Origin: Candidatus Pacearchaeota archaeon
GTDB taxonomy: Archaea > Nanobdellota > Nanobdellia > Pacearchaeales > GW2011-AR1
NCBI GenBank assembly: GCA_018303945.1
Contig: JAGVXD010000019.1
Location: forward strand, 2,975 to 66,974
DNA: 64,000 bases
Direction of reading: 5' to 3'
Position numbers and translations under genes: made by a program. The notes under the pieces were generated by a model. That model was not told the DNA's origin. It saw nothing but the letters and a program-made list of their open reading frames with translations, and made no database searches. Shown piece after piece: positions 20,646 to 30,022 of the stretch (position 1 is its first letter; the number at the start of each line of letters is the position of its first letter).

Positions 20646-21257
20646 ATGAGAAAATTAAAGATTTTAGCGGCTTCTGACATAGAAGGAGATTCAAAACTAG
20701 CAAGAAAACTTGCCGAGAAAGCAGAAAGGGAGAAAGTGGATCTTGTAGTATTGTGCGGAGACCTTACAGGCTATGTGGAGACTAAAAACCTCATTAAGCC
20801 CTTTAAGGATAAAAAGAAAAAGGTGCTGATAATACCTGGAAATCACGATTCTTTCGCTACTGTGGACTTCCTTGCTGCAATGTATGGGGTAAGCAACATA
20901 CATGGTTATTCCGTCCAATACGAGCATGTTGGATTTTTTGGAGCTGGAGGGGCAGCAAACACCCCCTTTTTCCCAGGAGCTGTGACAGAAGAAGAAATAT
21001 TCGAGACTTTAAAAAAGGCGCATGCTGGCCTTAAAGGCATAGAAAAAAAGATAATGGTAACTCACATGCATCCTGCAGGCAGTCTCTCGGAATTTTCAGG
21101 AGTTGAGGGAAGCAAGGCTATATCTAAAGCCATAAAGCAATTCAAACCCGATATCCTTTTACATGGTCACATTCACGAAGCTTCTGGCTTTGAGCAGAAA
21201 ATAGGAACAACTAGAGTGATAAATGTAGGCAGAGAAGGTCAGATTATTGAACTCTAA
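20646..21257 (+). CDS. calcineurin-like metallophosphoesterase
   Basis: SD, CGD, PGNHD, THMHP, HGHIHE. Confidence 0.9.
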   Translation: MRKLKILAASDIEGDSKLARKLAEKAEREKVDLVVLCGDLTGYVETKNLIKPFKDKKKKVLIIPGNHDSFATVDFLAAMYGVSNIHGYSVQYEHVGFFGAGGAANTPFFPGAVTEEEIFETLKKAHAGLKGIEKKIMVTHMHPAGSLSEFSGVEGSKAISKAIKQFKPDILLHGHIHEASGFEQKIGTTRVINVGREGQIIEL

Positions 21258-21354
21258 ATATAATAAGATTACTCAAATATTGCGTTCTTCCGCTACATAC
21301 GATATTTACAGAAGCCGCTCACCAAACTGAAATTAAAAAATAAGTGGCGATTTG

Positions 21355-21427
21355 GGCTAATTTCTGTCTTTTATGAGAAAAGTTGCCGAAGGCAAAAGAA
21401 ATTACCTCTTAATCTGCTGTTGCTTGA
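21355..21427 (-). repeat. degenerate attC-like site (distal end of array)
   Basis: Plus strand CTCTTAATCTGCTGTTGCTTG matches the arm of the 23050 site; TTGCC-GAA-GGCAA hairpin; the other arm is decayed. Confidence 0.55.
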
Positions 21428-21556
21428 CCTGAAGCGAAGCGGAAGGCACGAGTGGAGCAAGAAGCGACCTCGTGAGTGAAAGTTTTGTTCTCAGCCGATT
21501 TCGTAGCGTAGTTGCTGAAGAGAAACATATTTAATATTAGGCAAATTATCAATATT

Positions 21557-21922
21557 ATGAAATCCAAGATAAAATCTTTAAGCAGGAATGAGCAACGGAC
21601 AATTATTGTTTTTGAAATGAACAATCAAATTATAAAAATTATTGAAAAAACATTTAAGAAATTAAAGTCCGATTTTGAATTGTCAGATTATAAGAAAAAA
21701 TATGGAGATAAAATTATTGACAATTCTTGGGAGTTAAATAAGAAAGATGAGGACTTTAATTTTAGTCTAGTTGCGAAAAAAGATTTTGTGAAATTGAAAC
21801 TAAAAGCAAGCTTGGATTTCGTAAACAAGTTTTTGAAAATTCTGGAAAATGATACAGAATTTTCCGAATTATTGCCTAAGATTAAAGCAAAATTAGAAAG
21901 GCGAAAATTCAAATTTCTCTAA
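21557..21922 (+). CDS. cassette-borne hypothetical protein
   Basis: Lys-rich ORF inside the fold-back scaffold; start uncertain. Confidence 0.6.
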   Translation: MKSKIKSLSRNEQRTIIVFEMNNQIIKIIEKTFKKLKSDFELSDYKKKYGDKIIDNSWELNKKDEDFNFSLVAKKDFVKLKLKASLDFVNKFLKILENDTEFSELLPKIKAKLERRKFKFL

Positions 21923-22113
21923 AGCAATTTCGTTAAAGCTTTGTTAGACAAAGTTGCATAGCAATTTTGTGAGTTTTCTCTGTGTGGCTTTAACGAAGCG
22001 AGAAATAACAAGGCTGAGAATTGCTCACAGCCAAAAGGACAGGAAGAGGGGAAACTAAAACTCTATGTCGGAAATTGGGGGGAAGGTGAGCAACCGCAGG
22101 CAAAACTTTCATT

Positions 22114-22135
22114 TTGGGCAACGTCGCGATTAAGG
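22114..22135 (-). repeat. half attC-like site
   Basis: Minus strand CCTTAATCGCGAC-GTTGCCC; complementary to GTTGCTTGA at 21419. Confidence 0.55.
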
Positions 22136-22311
22136 AAAGTTTTTTCTTCCTCGAGGAGCGAAGCGACGAAGAAGTTTTCAAAAATCCGTCATCAAGGGCG
22201 AAGCTCCATAAATTCAAATGTTTTAGAGAGGGAACTTTTATTTTCATTTATTAACTTTAAAGTAGTAGATCAATCAAAAGCTTTATAAATAAGTTATGGG
22301 TAACTATTTGC

Positions 22312-22965
22312 ATGAGATTATATCAAAGAATTATTGCGGGTGGATTAGTAGTTGCAGGTTTAGCTGGACTGCTTGGTTGCGATAATGATAGACCGAGAAC
22401 AGAAGAGCCAAAACCCAAATCTGTTGCTGCTGTAGAACTTTATCCGCATGGAAATGCAGGTGTAGCAATTGGAGATATAACAGGCGATAAATTGCCTGAT
22501 CTTGTTATTGCTGCTGAAAAGATTATAGAAAGAGAAGCAGTAGTTTATGTTTCTGACAATAGAGGAAATTATCAATTTGGAAATCCAACATTAATTGCTT
22601 CTGTTCCCCTTTATGGAGGTGGAAGAGAACTAATTTTTGGTGGAGGTTCTCCTGGTCTTGATGTTGCTTTAGGAGACTTTGATAATGACGGAGACTTAGA
22701 TATTTTAGTTGCAGCTGAGAAGCTTGATAAAAAAGAAGCGGCAATATTCAGAATAGAAAATCTAGGAAATAATACTTATTCAAATCCAAAACACGTTGGA
22801 GATGTTCCATTGGCTACTGCCGGAGGATTGAGTATAGCGACACAAGATATTAACCAAGATGGAAGAACAGACATATTAGTTTCTGCCGAGCATCCAAGCA
22901 AAAGAGAAGCAAATATGTATTTTTTTGAAAATGAAGGCAATAATTCTTTTGAAGCTGTAAAGTAA
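22312..22965 (+). CDS. FG-GAP/VCBS-repeat lipoprotein (cassette cargo)
   Basis: Lipobox LLGC and three GDxxxDGxxDl repeats. Confidence 0.85.
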   Translation: MRLYQRIIAGGLVVAGLAGLLGCDNDRPRTEEPKPKSVAAVELYPHGNAGVAIGDITGDKLPDLVIAAEKIIEREAVVYVSDNRGNYQFGNPTLIASVPLYGGGRELIFGGGSPGLDVALGDFDNDGDLDILVAAEKLDKKEAAIFRIENLGNNTYSNPKHVGDVPLATAGGLSIATQDINQDGRTDILVSAEHPSKREANMYFFENEGNNSFEAVK

Positions 22966-23049
22966 ATTTCTTTTTCGCAGAAAAAGACTATCTGTCTGCA
23001 GGACTAAAAGTTCCCCCCCTTTCTATTTTTTAGGATTTTTGAAAATTGA

Positions 23050-23134
23050 AACTAACATCGGCATTAAGAGAAGTTTTCCGAAGGAAAATTTGGGCAAAAT
23101 CCTGCAAGGATTTTCCTCTTAATCGCTGTTATGT
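23050..23134 (-). repeat. attC-like recombination site
   Basis: Minus strand ACATAAC...GTTAGTT ends, ATTAAGAG/CTCTTAAT inner arms, two GNA-triloop hairpins. Confidence 0.75.
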
Positions 23135-23338
23135 CTGGGTGAGCGAAGCGAAAGGGTGCAACCCTTCCCCGAGGATTTTTTCAGCAGAAAAAACCGCAGA
23201 GTTGTGAGATGGCACTTGTATTAATTTTAAAGATGGCACTTCAGGACGGCGGGACGCTGTCCAAATAAATAAGAGCTGTGCGCGTCTTTTTTGCTTCTTT
23301 TTTTCTAAAAAAGAAGATGGGCACTTTTCCGTTTGTTT

Positions 23339-24349
23339 TTAAAAATCCCTCCATTCAATCCCTAAATCCATAAAGTCTATTTCTGCAAATCTATTAAGAT
23401 TTATTCTGCCTTTTCTTGTAAGATATTTAAAAATTTCCATTGTTTGAATGTTTGCTACTGCTCCCGCAATTGGTCCAAGGTTTCCTGTTTGTCTAATGTC
23501 TCTTATTTTTTCTAAATCTTTTAAGGGGTCCATTCTTTTCTGATATTCTATGAAATCATCAAAAGTTTTAGTAACTCCTGGAATGATGATTGGACCAACC
23601 ATCCCTAAGTGTAGATTATATCCTCCTGCAACACAATAAGCAACTCCATGCTGATTAGCATATCCATCAATTATTTTTGTTGTTTCTACAACTGAAGGAG
23701 AATCAGCGCAATTTACTAAAAAATTACAACCAGAAACAATCTCTTCGAGATTTTGATTTGCATCTACTCTTTTTGTGAATGTCTTAATATTTGCATCTTT
23801 TAATTTTTCTTTTACAACATCAACTTTATACTTGCCAACATCACCAGAATCAAAAAATAATTGCCTGTTAAAATTACTATCATCTACAACGTCAGGGTCA
23901 GTAATTCTTATTTCTCCCGCCCCAATTTGGTATAGCCCATTTACAATCCAAGTTCCAATTCCACCTACTCCAAAGACAGCAACTTTAGAGTTCTCTATTC
24001 TTTTTTGTAGCTCTAAGGTTTCTTCCCTTGAATCTGTAAGTTCGTCCAAAAATAACAATTGCTTGTAATGTCTTCCTTTTTCTAAATCAGATTCATATCT
24101 TCTAATTATCCCTTCTTTTTCTAAAGCATTTAAACAAGCATTTATGTCTTGAGAACTATATTTAGAAGATAATCTTTCAGTTAAATCTTGTTCTGTTTGC
24201 TCAGAATCAAGAGAAGCAATCACATCCTTAACTAAAGAATCTACTTGAAATTTTTTTATTCTTCGTGTTGCAGTTGAAATAAAAATATAATTATCTTCGG
24301 TGTCTCTCAAGATATACGATGAATCTTTGAGTTTTAATCTACTCTTCAT
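23339..24349 (-). CDS. ThiF/E1-like adenylyltransferase with N-terminal winged-helix (RRE-like) domain
   Basis: VFGVGGIG, DPDVVDDSNFNRQ, CAD; about 90 aa N-terminal extension as in MccB/PaaA-type enzymes; lacks MoeB Zn CxxC pairs. Confidence 0.88.
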   Translation of the reverse strand: MKSRLKLKDSSYILRDTEDNYIFISTATRRIKKFQVDSLVKDVIASLDSEQTEQDLTERLSSKYSSQDINACLNALEKEGIIRRYESDLEKGRHYKQLLFLDELTDSREETLELQKRIENSKVAVFGVGGIGTWIVNGLYQIGAGEIRITDPDVVDDSNFNRQLFFDSGDVGKYKVDVVKEKLKDANIKTFTKRVDANQNLEEIVSGCNFLVNCADSPSVVETTKIIDGYANQHGVAYCVAGGYNLHLGMVGPIIIPGVTKTFDDFIEYQKRMDPLKDLEKIRDIRQTGNLGPIAGAVANIQTMEIFKYLTRKGRINLNRFAEIDFMDLGIEWRDF

Positions 24350-24917
24350 TTGAAATTATCTCGCCATATTTAATCTCGCTGTTGTTTGGTTCAAACAAAA
24401 CTCCTCCATTTTCATCCAATGGAGCGATAATCTTATAGTTTTTTAATTTTTTTCTTAATAAAGAATTTTCTCTCAAATGCCAGCAACCAAGAATAATGAC
24501 TAGGGGTCTTTTTGTTTTTGATTTATATTCTAAAATCTTTGAAAGATGAAGTTTCTCTCTTTCTTCAACTATTTTATTTAATCTTTCTTCATCTTCTTTT
24601 ATAAGTTCTTTTTGATTCTTTATTTTTCTTTGCAGATTTTCGTCAAATCCAAAATTATGAAAATCAATTCCAATTAGTTTAATCTTTTTTTCAAAACACA
24701 ATTTTATCAATTTTTCAACTTCATCAAAAGAAGTCATATCAGAAATAAACTTTTTCTCCAGAATTTCTTTAACCTTATCTTCCGTATCTAATTTTAAATT
24801 TTCTAATTCTTCACTTAATACAAATTCTGGTTTTACTGATTTTATTATTTCCTCTTGTTTTAAAAAATCATCTACAAAAGAATGAGTACTACCTATAAGA
24901 ATAAAAGAAAAATTCAT
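24339..24917 (-). CDS. TraB/Tiki/ChaN/EreA-superfamily-like protein
   Basis: IGSTH, VLSEE, IGID, ERE, LGCWH pattern; GGAG SD before ATG at 24917. Confidence 0.6.
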   Translation of the reverse strand: MNFSFILIGSTHSFVDDFLKQEEIIKSVKPEFVLSEELENLKLDTEDKVKEILEKKFISDMTSFDEVEKLIKLCFEKKIKLIGIDFHNFGFDENLQRKIKNQKELIKEDEERLNKIVEEREKLHLSKILEYKSKTKRPLVIILGCWHLRENSLLRKKLKNYKIIAPLDENGGVLFEPNNSEIKYGEIISNEE

Positions 24918-24937
24918 TTTTCTACTCCAAAGACAGA

Positions 24938-25087
24938 TTACATCCAATATTTAATACTTGTTCCGCCGGCATAAACCTTGTCTTCTACTTTTCGAAGTCC
25001 TTCATAAAGTGGTTTCTCCGCAAGCAAAGGTCTTGCTTCTTCTGTCCTTATTTCAACTTTTTCCAAAGTTCTTTCAAGGGTTTCCAT
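24938..25087 (-). CDS. putative RiPP precursor peptide (49 aa, not in ORF track)
   Basis: METLERTLEKVEIRTEEARPLLAEKPLYEGLRKVEDKVYAGGTSIKYWM; first gene of the operon. Confidence 0.7.
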   Translation of the reverse strand: METLERTLEKVEIRTEEARPLLAEKPLYEGLRKVEDKVYAGGTSIKYWM

Positions 25088-25315
25088 ACAATTGGGATAA
25101 TGATACTCCTTTATATAGTTTATTGTTCTGAATGCGAAAAGTGCCCAAATAAATTTCTTTTTCGAAGAAAAAGACTATCTGTTTTTCTGAAAGAAAAACC
25201 AAGCACACATCTCCAATTTAGGGGACATCTCCAATTTAGGGGAGGGTGGTCGGGGGTATTGAAATGCCATCTTTAACTATCTTTTAATTCTAAAGTTTAG
25301 TGCCTTCGAACAATT

Positions 25316-25372
25316 AGACATAACATTATGGTATCATGAATTAACTCATGATACCATACTCCTAGGGAGTAT
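25316..25372 (-). promoter_or_regulatory. attI-like site with 13-bp perfect inverted repeat
   Basis: Minus strand GTTATGTCT core at 25316-25324; TATGGTATCATGA-attaac-TCATGATACCATA at 25327-25358; ATACTCC-TAG-GGAGTAT hairpin. Confidence 0.6.
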
Positions 25373-25410
25373 TGGCATAATTATTTAAATTAGTTATCTG
25401 TAATACCTTC

Positions 25411-26220
25411 ATGGATAAAGAAGAGGCATTAAGGAAGCTTGGGCAAGAGATTGAAATACGCAATTTTTCACGGAAAACTCTAAAGGGCTATGTTCATTCA
25501 GTAAGTAAGTTTTGCGATTATCTAAAAGACAAACCTTTTAGTCAGGAAGAGGTTAAGAATTATGTCCAAATGCAGATAAAAAAGCATAATCCCTCTTCTG
25601 TAGCTCACGAGATCTTTGCTATTCAATTTTTCTTTGATAAAGTCCTAGGCAGAAAAATTTATGTTCCAAGGCCAAAAAGAAACAAAACACTCCCAGATAT
25701 ATTAACAAGAGATGAAGCATTGGCATTGGTAAACGCGCCTGTGAACATAAAGCACAGATTGATACTAAAGCTACTCTATGGGTGTGGGCTAAGAGTCTCA
25801 GAGGTAATAAGCCTAAATAAAGACGATTTGAACTTCAATGAAAAGCTAATGCATGTCAGATTAGCAAAGGGTAAAAAAGATAGATTTGTCAGGATTCCAG
25901 ATTCAGTTACAAAAGAATTGGAAAATTACTGCAATTTATTAAATGAAGATGTCCTCTTCCCTTCAAACAGGGGCGGAAGACTGACAACTGCAACAATTCA
26001 GGCAATTGTTGAACAATCTGCTAAAAAGGCAGGTATCACAAAAGAGGTTTATCCTCATCTTTTAAGACATTCGTTTGCAACTCACTTACTAGAATCCGGC
26101 ACCGATTTACGAATAATCCAAAAATTGCTGGGACACTCAGATATAAAAACAACCCAGATTTACACTCGAATATCTCAAGCATCAATCAAAAATATAAAAA
26201 GTCCGCTTGATTCATCATAA
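25411..26220 (+). CDS. Xer/IntI-like tyrosine recombinase lacking the IntI-specific insertion
   Basis: YGCGLRVSE, KGKKDR, HLLRHSFATHLLE, LLGH, TTQIY, C-terminal SPLD. Confidence 0.92.
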   Translation: MDKEEALRKLGQEIEIRNFSRKTLKGYVHSVSKFCDYLKDKPFSQEEVKNYVQMQIKKHNPSSVAHEIFAIQFFFDKVLGRKIYVPRPKRNKTLPDILTRDEALALVNAPVNIKHRLILKLLYGCGLRVSEVISLNKDDLNFNEKLMHVRLAKGKKDRFVRIPDSVTKELENYCNLLNEDVLFPSNRGGRLTTATIQAIVEQSAKKAGITKEVYPHLLRHSFATHLLESGTDLRIIQKLLGHSDIKTTQIYTRISQASIKNIKSPLDSS

Positions 26221-26221
26221 A

Positions 26222-28477
26222 ATGGCAACCGTAAAGGATTATATCCCTCTGGGAGATGTAAAAATAACGACTGAAAAGGAAGTTAGGCCAAAGCCGACCG
26301 TAGCAGAGCTCACCACAATAGAGTCTCCTGGAAAGCCGGTTCCTGCCTCTAATTTAGTGAAAAAAAGAACACTGGGTAAAAAAGCACCTGAAAAAGAAAA
26401 CAAGATAATTAAAGATTCTATATTGATAATTACAGAAAAACCACAGGCGGCGCAAAAAATAGCGCAGGCACTTGGCACCCCAATTAAACGCTTAGAAAAT
26501 GGAGTTCCTTATTACGAGCTTACAAGAAATGGAAAAATAATAACTGTAGCTTCCGCAGTAGGCCATTTATTCAATCTTACTTACAGCGCTGGACAGAAAG
26601 GCTGGCCAATTTTCAATCTAGAATGGCAACCGTCATATTCAAGAAAAACTGCGGCTTTCACAAAAAAATATTACGAAGTGCTTAAAAGACTCGTGCGTTC
26701 GGCTGAAACATTCATAGTTGCAACAGACTTTGATGTTGAAGGTGAAGTTATAGGATGGAACGTTGTGAGATTTATTGGTAAAAGAACTAATGCCCTGCGC
26801 ATGAAGTTTTCAACTCTCACAAATGATGAATTGGAAAATTCTTATGAAAATCCCATGTCGGAGCTTAATTGGGGCAACGCATATGCAGGAGAGACGCGTC
26901 ATTTTCTTGACTGGCTTTATGGTATCAATCTTTCCCGCGCTCTTATGTCAGCAATAAAGCAGACTGGCTCTTTTAAGGTTCTTTCAATAGGCAGAGTGCA
27001 GGGTCCGGCATTGAAAATAATAGCTGACAGAGAAAAAGAAATATCTGCGTTTAAGCCTGAGCCTTATTGGCAAATATTTGCGCTTGCAGAAAGCATTGAG
27101 TTCAAGCATCCAAAGGATATATTTGACAAATCGCTTCTTGAGCAGTTTAAAGACATAAAGGAAGCAAATGCCGAAACTGAAAAAAACAATGAGAATATCT
27201 CCCCGCCCGTTCCTTTTGACTTGACAACCTTGCAAAGAGAGGCTTATCGCCTTTTCAAGATGAATCCTTCTGAAACTTTAGCCACTACCCAAAAACTATA
27301 TCTTGAGGGAATTATATCCTATCCGCGAACTTCTTCTCAGAAGATTCCTGAAGCAATTCAGCCTAAAAAAATCTTGAAAGCTCTGGCAAAACACTTTCCA
27401 CAGGTAAAAGAAGCCACTAGAGAAAAACCTGTAGAAGGCAAAAAATCAGATCCTGCACATCCATCAATATATCCTACTGGAGAATATAGAAAATTAGTCG
27501 AAAAAGAAGAAAAAATATACAACCTTATAGTCCAGAGATTTATAGCTGCATTTTGTAAAGATGCTGTGGCGGCCAGAAAACACATCATCCTTACAGCGAA
27601 GAACGGCATTACTTTCACAGCAAACGCAACAACTCTGTCAGAAAAAGGATGGATGAAAGTTTATCCTTCATTTATTGAGGAAAGCTCTCTTCCTGACCTT
27701 AATGGTCTGGTTAAAATAGATGAAATTAAAAGTATTGAGAAAGAAACTCAGCCGCCTAATAGATACACTCCCGCCTCGCTCGTAGCAATTTTGGAAAAGA
27801 AAAACCTGGGAACAAAAGCAACACGTTCATCTATTATAGATACATTATTTAATCGTGGCTACTTAGACGGTACAAGCATCAAGGCAACACCTCTCGGAAT
27901 GCAGCTTATTTCTGCTCTTGAAAAATATTCTCCTATTATTATAGATGAAAACCTCACGAGAGAACTGGAAGAAGAATTGGAAAAAATTCAGGAGTCTAAA
28001 AAAGAATTCATGGAACAAGAGCAGAAAGTAATAAAGCATGCGCGGGAAATTATTACTAAAATTTCTGAAGAATTCAAGCAGAAAGAGAAAGAAATAGGAG
28101 AAGAGCTTCTGCAAGGACTTCAGACTCTCAGGCAGGAACAGAATGAATCAAATACTCTCCTTTCTTGTCCAACATGCAAAAAAGGCAACCTTAGGATACT
28201 CTATTCGAAGAAAACAAAGCGATATTTTGTAGCATGTTCTGCTTATCCAGATTGCAAGCAAACATATTCACTTCCCCCAAATGCTTTAATAAAAAAATCG
28301 GATAAACTATGCGAAGCAGACCAGTTCCCTAAACTTCTCGCAATTAGAAAAGGCAAGCGACCCTGGGAGTTCTGCTTCAATCCTAACTGCCCAATAGAAA
28401 AGAAAAAAAGAGAAGAATGGCAGGCACGCAAGGCATCTAATGAAAACCCTAACTCAAATCTGCTGGAAGAAGATTAA
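26222..28477 (+). CDS. topA: DNA topoisomerase IA
   Basis: ITEKP, ATDFDVEGE, SIGRVQ, ISYPRT, C-terminal Zn ribbons. Confidence 0.95.
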   Translation: MATVKDYIPLGDVKITTEKEVRPKPTVAELTTIESPGKPVPASNLVKKRTLGKKAPEKENKIIKDSILIITEKPQAAQKIAQALGTPIKRLENGVPYYELTRNGKIITVASAVGHLFNLTYSAGQKGWPIFNLEWQPSYSRKTAAFTKKYYEVLKRLVRSAETFIVATDFDVEGEVIGWNVVRFIGKRTNALRMKFSTLTNDELENSYENPMSELNWGNAYAGETRHFLDWLYGINLSRALMSAIKQTGSFKVLSIGRVQGPALKIIADREKEISAFKPEPYWQIFALAESIEFKHPKDIFDKSLLEQFKDIKEANAETEKNNENISPPVPFDLTTLQREAYRLFKMNPSETLATTQKLYLEGIISYPRTSSQKIPEAIQPKKILKALAKHFPQVKEATREKPVEGKKSDPAHPSIYPTGEYRKLVEKEEKIYNLIVQRFIAAFCKDAVAARKHIILTAKNGITFTANATTLSEKGWMKVYPSFIEESSLPDLNGLVKIDEIKSIEKETQPPNRYTPASLVAILEKKNLGTKATRSSIIDTLFNRGYLDGTSIKATPLGMQLISALEKYSPIIIDENLTRELEEELEKIQESKKEFMEQEQKVIKHAREIITKISEEFKQKEKEIGEELLQGLQTLRQEQNESNTLLSCPTCKKGNLRILYSKKTKRYFVACSAYPDCKQTYSLPPNALIKKSDKLCEADQFPKLLAIRKGKRPWEFCFNPNCPIEKKKREEWQARKASNENPNSNLLEED

Positions 28478-29727
28478 TTAGATTTTACCAGACGTGTAAT
28501 TAATTCGCTGCTTCTCTTCATCCCTTCAGATATTTTATCTCTAAAAAATTCCTTTGTCTCATAAAATTGCCTTGTATAACTATCACTATCCATTTTCTTG
28601 ACTATTGATGCCCACTGTTTAACGGCATCGTGAAACTCTAAATCATCAGCTCTTATAGACCTATCAAATAGAGCAGCATTTATGGATTCTTCAAGAAGTC
28701 CATTATCTCTAAATAAATATTCAGCAATTCCTAATCTTAATTTAAATAATGGCGTCTGGCATATCAAATTATTATATGGATTGACTCTTAATTTATGCCA
28801 TGCATCCACCATAGTTAGCAAGCTTAAATGAGAGTTCTGTTTTCTCTCATTTCTTGCTCCTAGATTGAAATCCCCCATTATTTTATCTTCTAACATTATG
28901 GGAGAATTTTTATTTCCAAATATCAAATCAGAAGCCTCTTTCAGTCTGCTTCTAAGTGCCTTCTCATCTTCCTTAATCATTAATCTGAATATATCTGCTT
29001 CTGATTTTGCATATTGCCCTATCTGATTTATAGCAAAAGGATTAAGCATTGCAAGTCCAGAATAAACATGAGATTTCCCCCCAAATATTCTTAAAGTCAT
29101 TAATATTTTTACATTATCTATACCTCCGATATATGCCGGATTTTCCCAGGGATAAAACCCTGCATTCATCCAGGCACTGCCCATGCTCTCAAATCCAATA
29201 TGCGTCACTGCTTGAGTATCTGCAGTGATTCTATCATGCACTTTATAATCAGAAATTTCAATTATTCTGGAGCCCAACGTTTCAAAAGTTTCTCGCGCCA
29301 AATTGTAAGCCTCTCTCGAGCTTCTGTGATTAATTAAAACTAGATTTTGTCCGACTGGGCTGACTGAACCACCATGTAAAGAATGGCATGTGACTATATG
29401 CGTCTCTCTTGGAAGATATTTCTCAAATGCTTCTATTTCGGGAGTCTTTACAGATGTTTGGCCTGCAACAATAGCCCCTCTTCTTGTCAATGGACCATAT
29501 TGTCTTACTGTTTCATGAATATTATGTGCTTGAACAGAATAAATTATTAGCTCGCTTTCTCTACATATATCTTCTGCGTTTACAATATTTATTCTTGTTC
29601 CAAATTCCTCTTTTATCCTATCTATATTTTCTGGCAAATCACATCCAGATACTTCATGGCCTATGCTGGAAAACTCTCGGGCATACAACTTTCCCATGTC
29701 TCCTAAACCTACAATGCCTATATTCAT
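28474..29727 (-). CDS. tyrA: prephenate dehydrogenase (long TYR1-like form)
   Basis: GIVGLGDMG, GQTSVK, CHSLHG, HDRITADTQAVTH. Confidence 0.85.
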   Translation of the reverse strand: MNIGIVGLGDMGKLYAREFSSIGHEVSGCDLPENIDRIKEEFGTRINIVNAEDICRESELIIYSVQAHNIHETVRQYGPLTRRGAIVAGQTSVKTPEIEAFEKYLPRETHIVTCHSLHGGSVSPVGQNLVLINHRSSREAYNLARETFETLGSRIIEISDYKVHDRITADTQAVTHIGFESMGSAWMNAGFYPWENPAYIGGIDNVKILMTLRIFGGKSHVYSGLAMLNPFAINQIGQYAKSEADIFRLMIKEDEKALRSRLKEASDLIFGNKNSPIMLEDKIMGDFNLGARNERKQNSHLSLLTMVDAWHKLRVNPYNNLICQTPLFKLRLGIAEYLFRDNGLLEESINAALFDRSIRADDLEFHDAVKQWASIVKKMDSDSYTRQFYETKEFFRDKISEGMKRSSELITRLVKSN

Positions 29728-29867
29728 AAATATCGGATAAAATTACGGTTTATAAAGTATCGCAAATAAACGTTAGACTAGAAATGTTTATGCCTATAAT
29801 GCTTAAAAATACCTCAGTCTTTCACCAGACAACGCATGTATAAATATAAGATTTTCATAAATTAATT

Positions 29868-30020
29868 ATGAAAAACAGACAAAAAACAAACAGGGGAAGA
29901 GGCTCAAACCTCACCCATCACGACCGAGTGATTGGAGGACAAAATTCGGCCGCTGAACAGGAACGTGACGAACGTGGCCGCTTTGCCGGCAAAAACAGGT
30001 CCATGTGGAGTACTTCTTAA
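29868..30020 (+). CDS. small hydrophilic protein (50 aa, not in ORF track)
   Basis: MKNRQK...GGQNSAAEQERDERGRFAGK...; TATA box upstream. Confidence 0.55.
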   Translation: MKNRQKTNRGRGSNLTHHDRVIGGQNSAAEQERDERGRFAGKNRSMWSTS

Positions 30021-30022
30021 AT

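Noticed and set aside
21409..22247. ORFs 21409-21624 and 21990-22247 (also 37867-38067, 40639-40827)
   Set aside because: They run through non-coding repeat scaffolds and are probably spurious.
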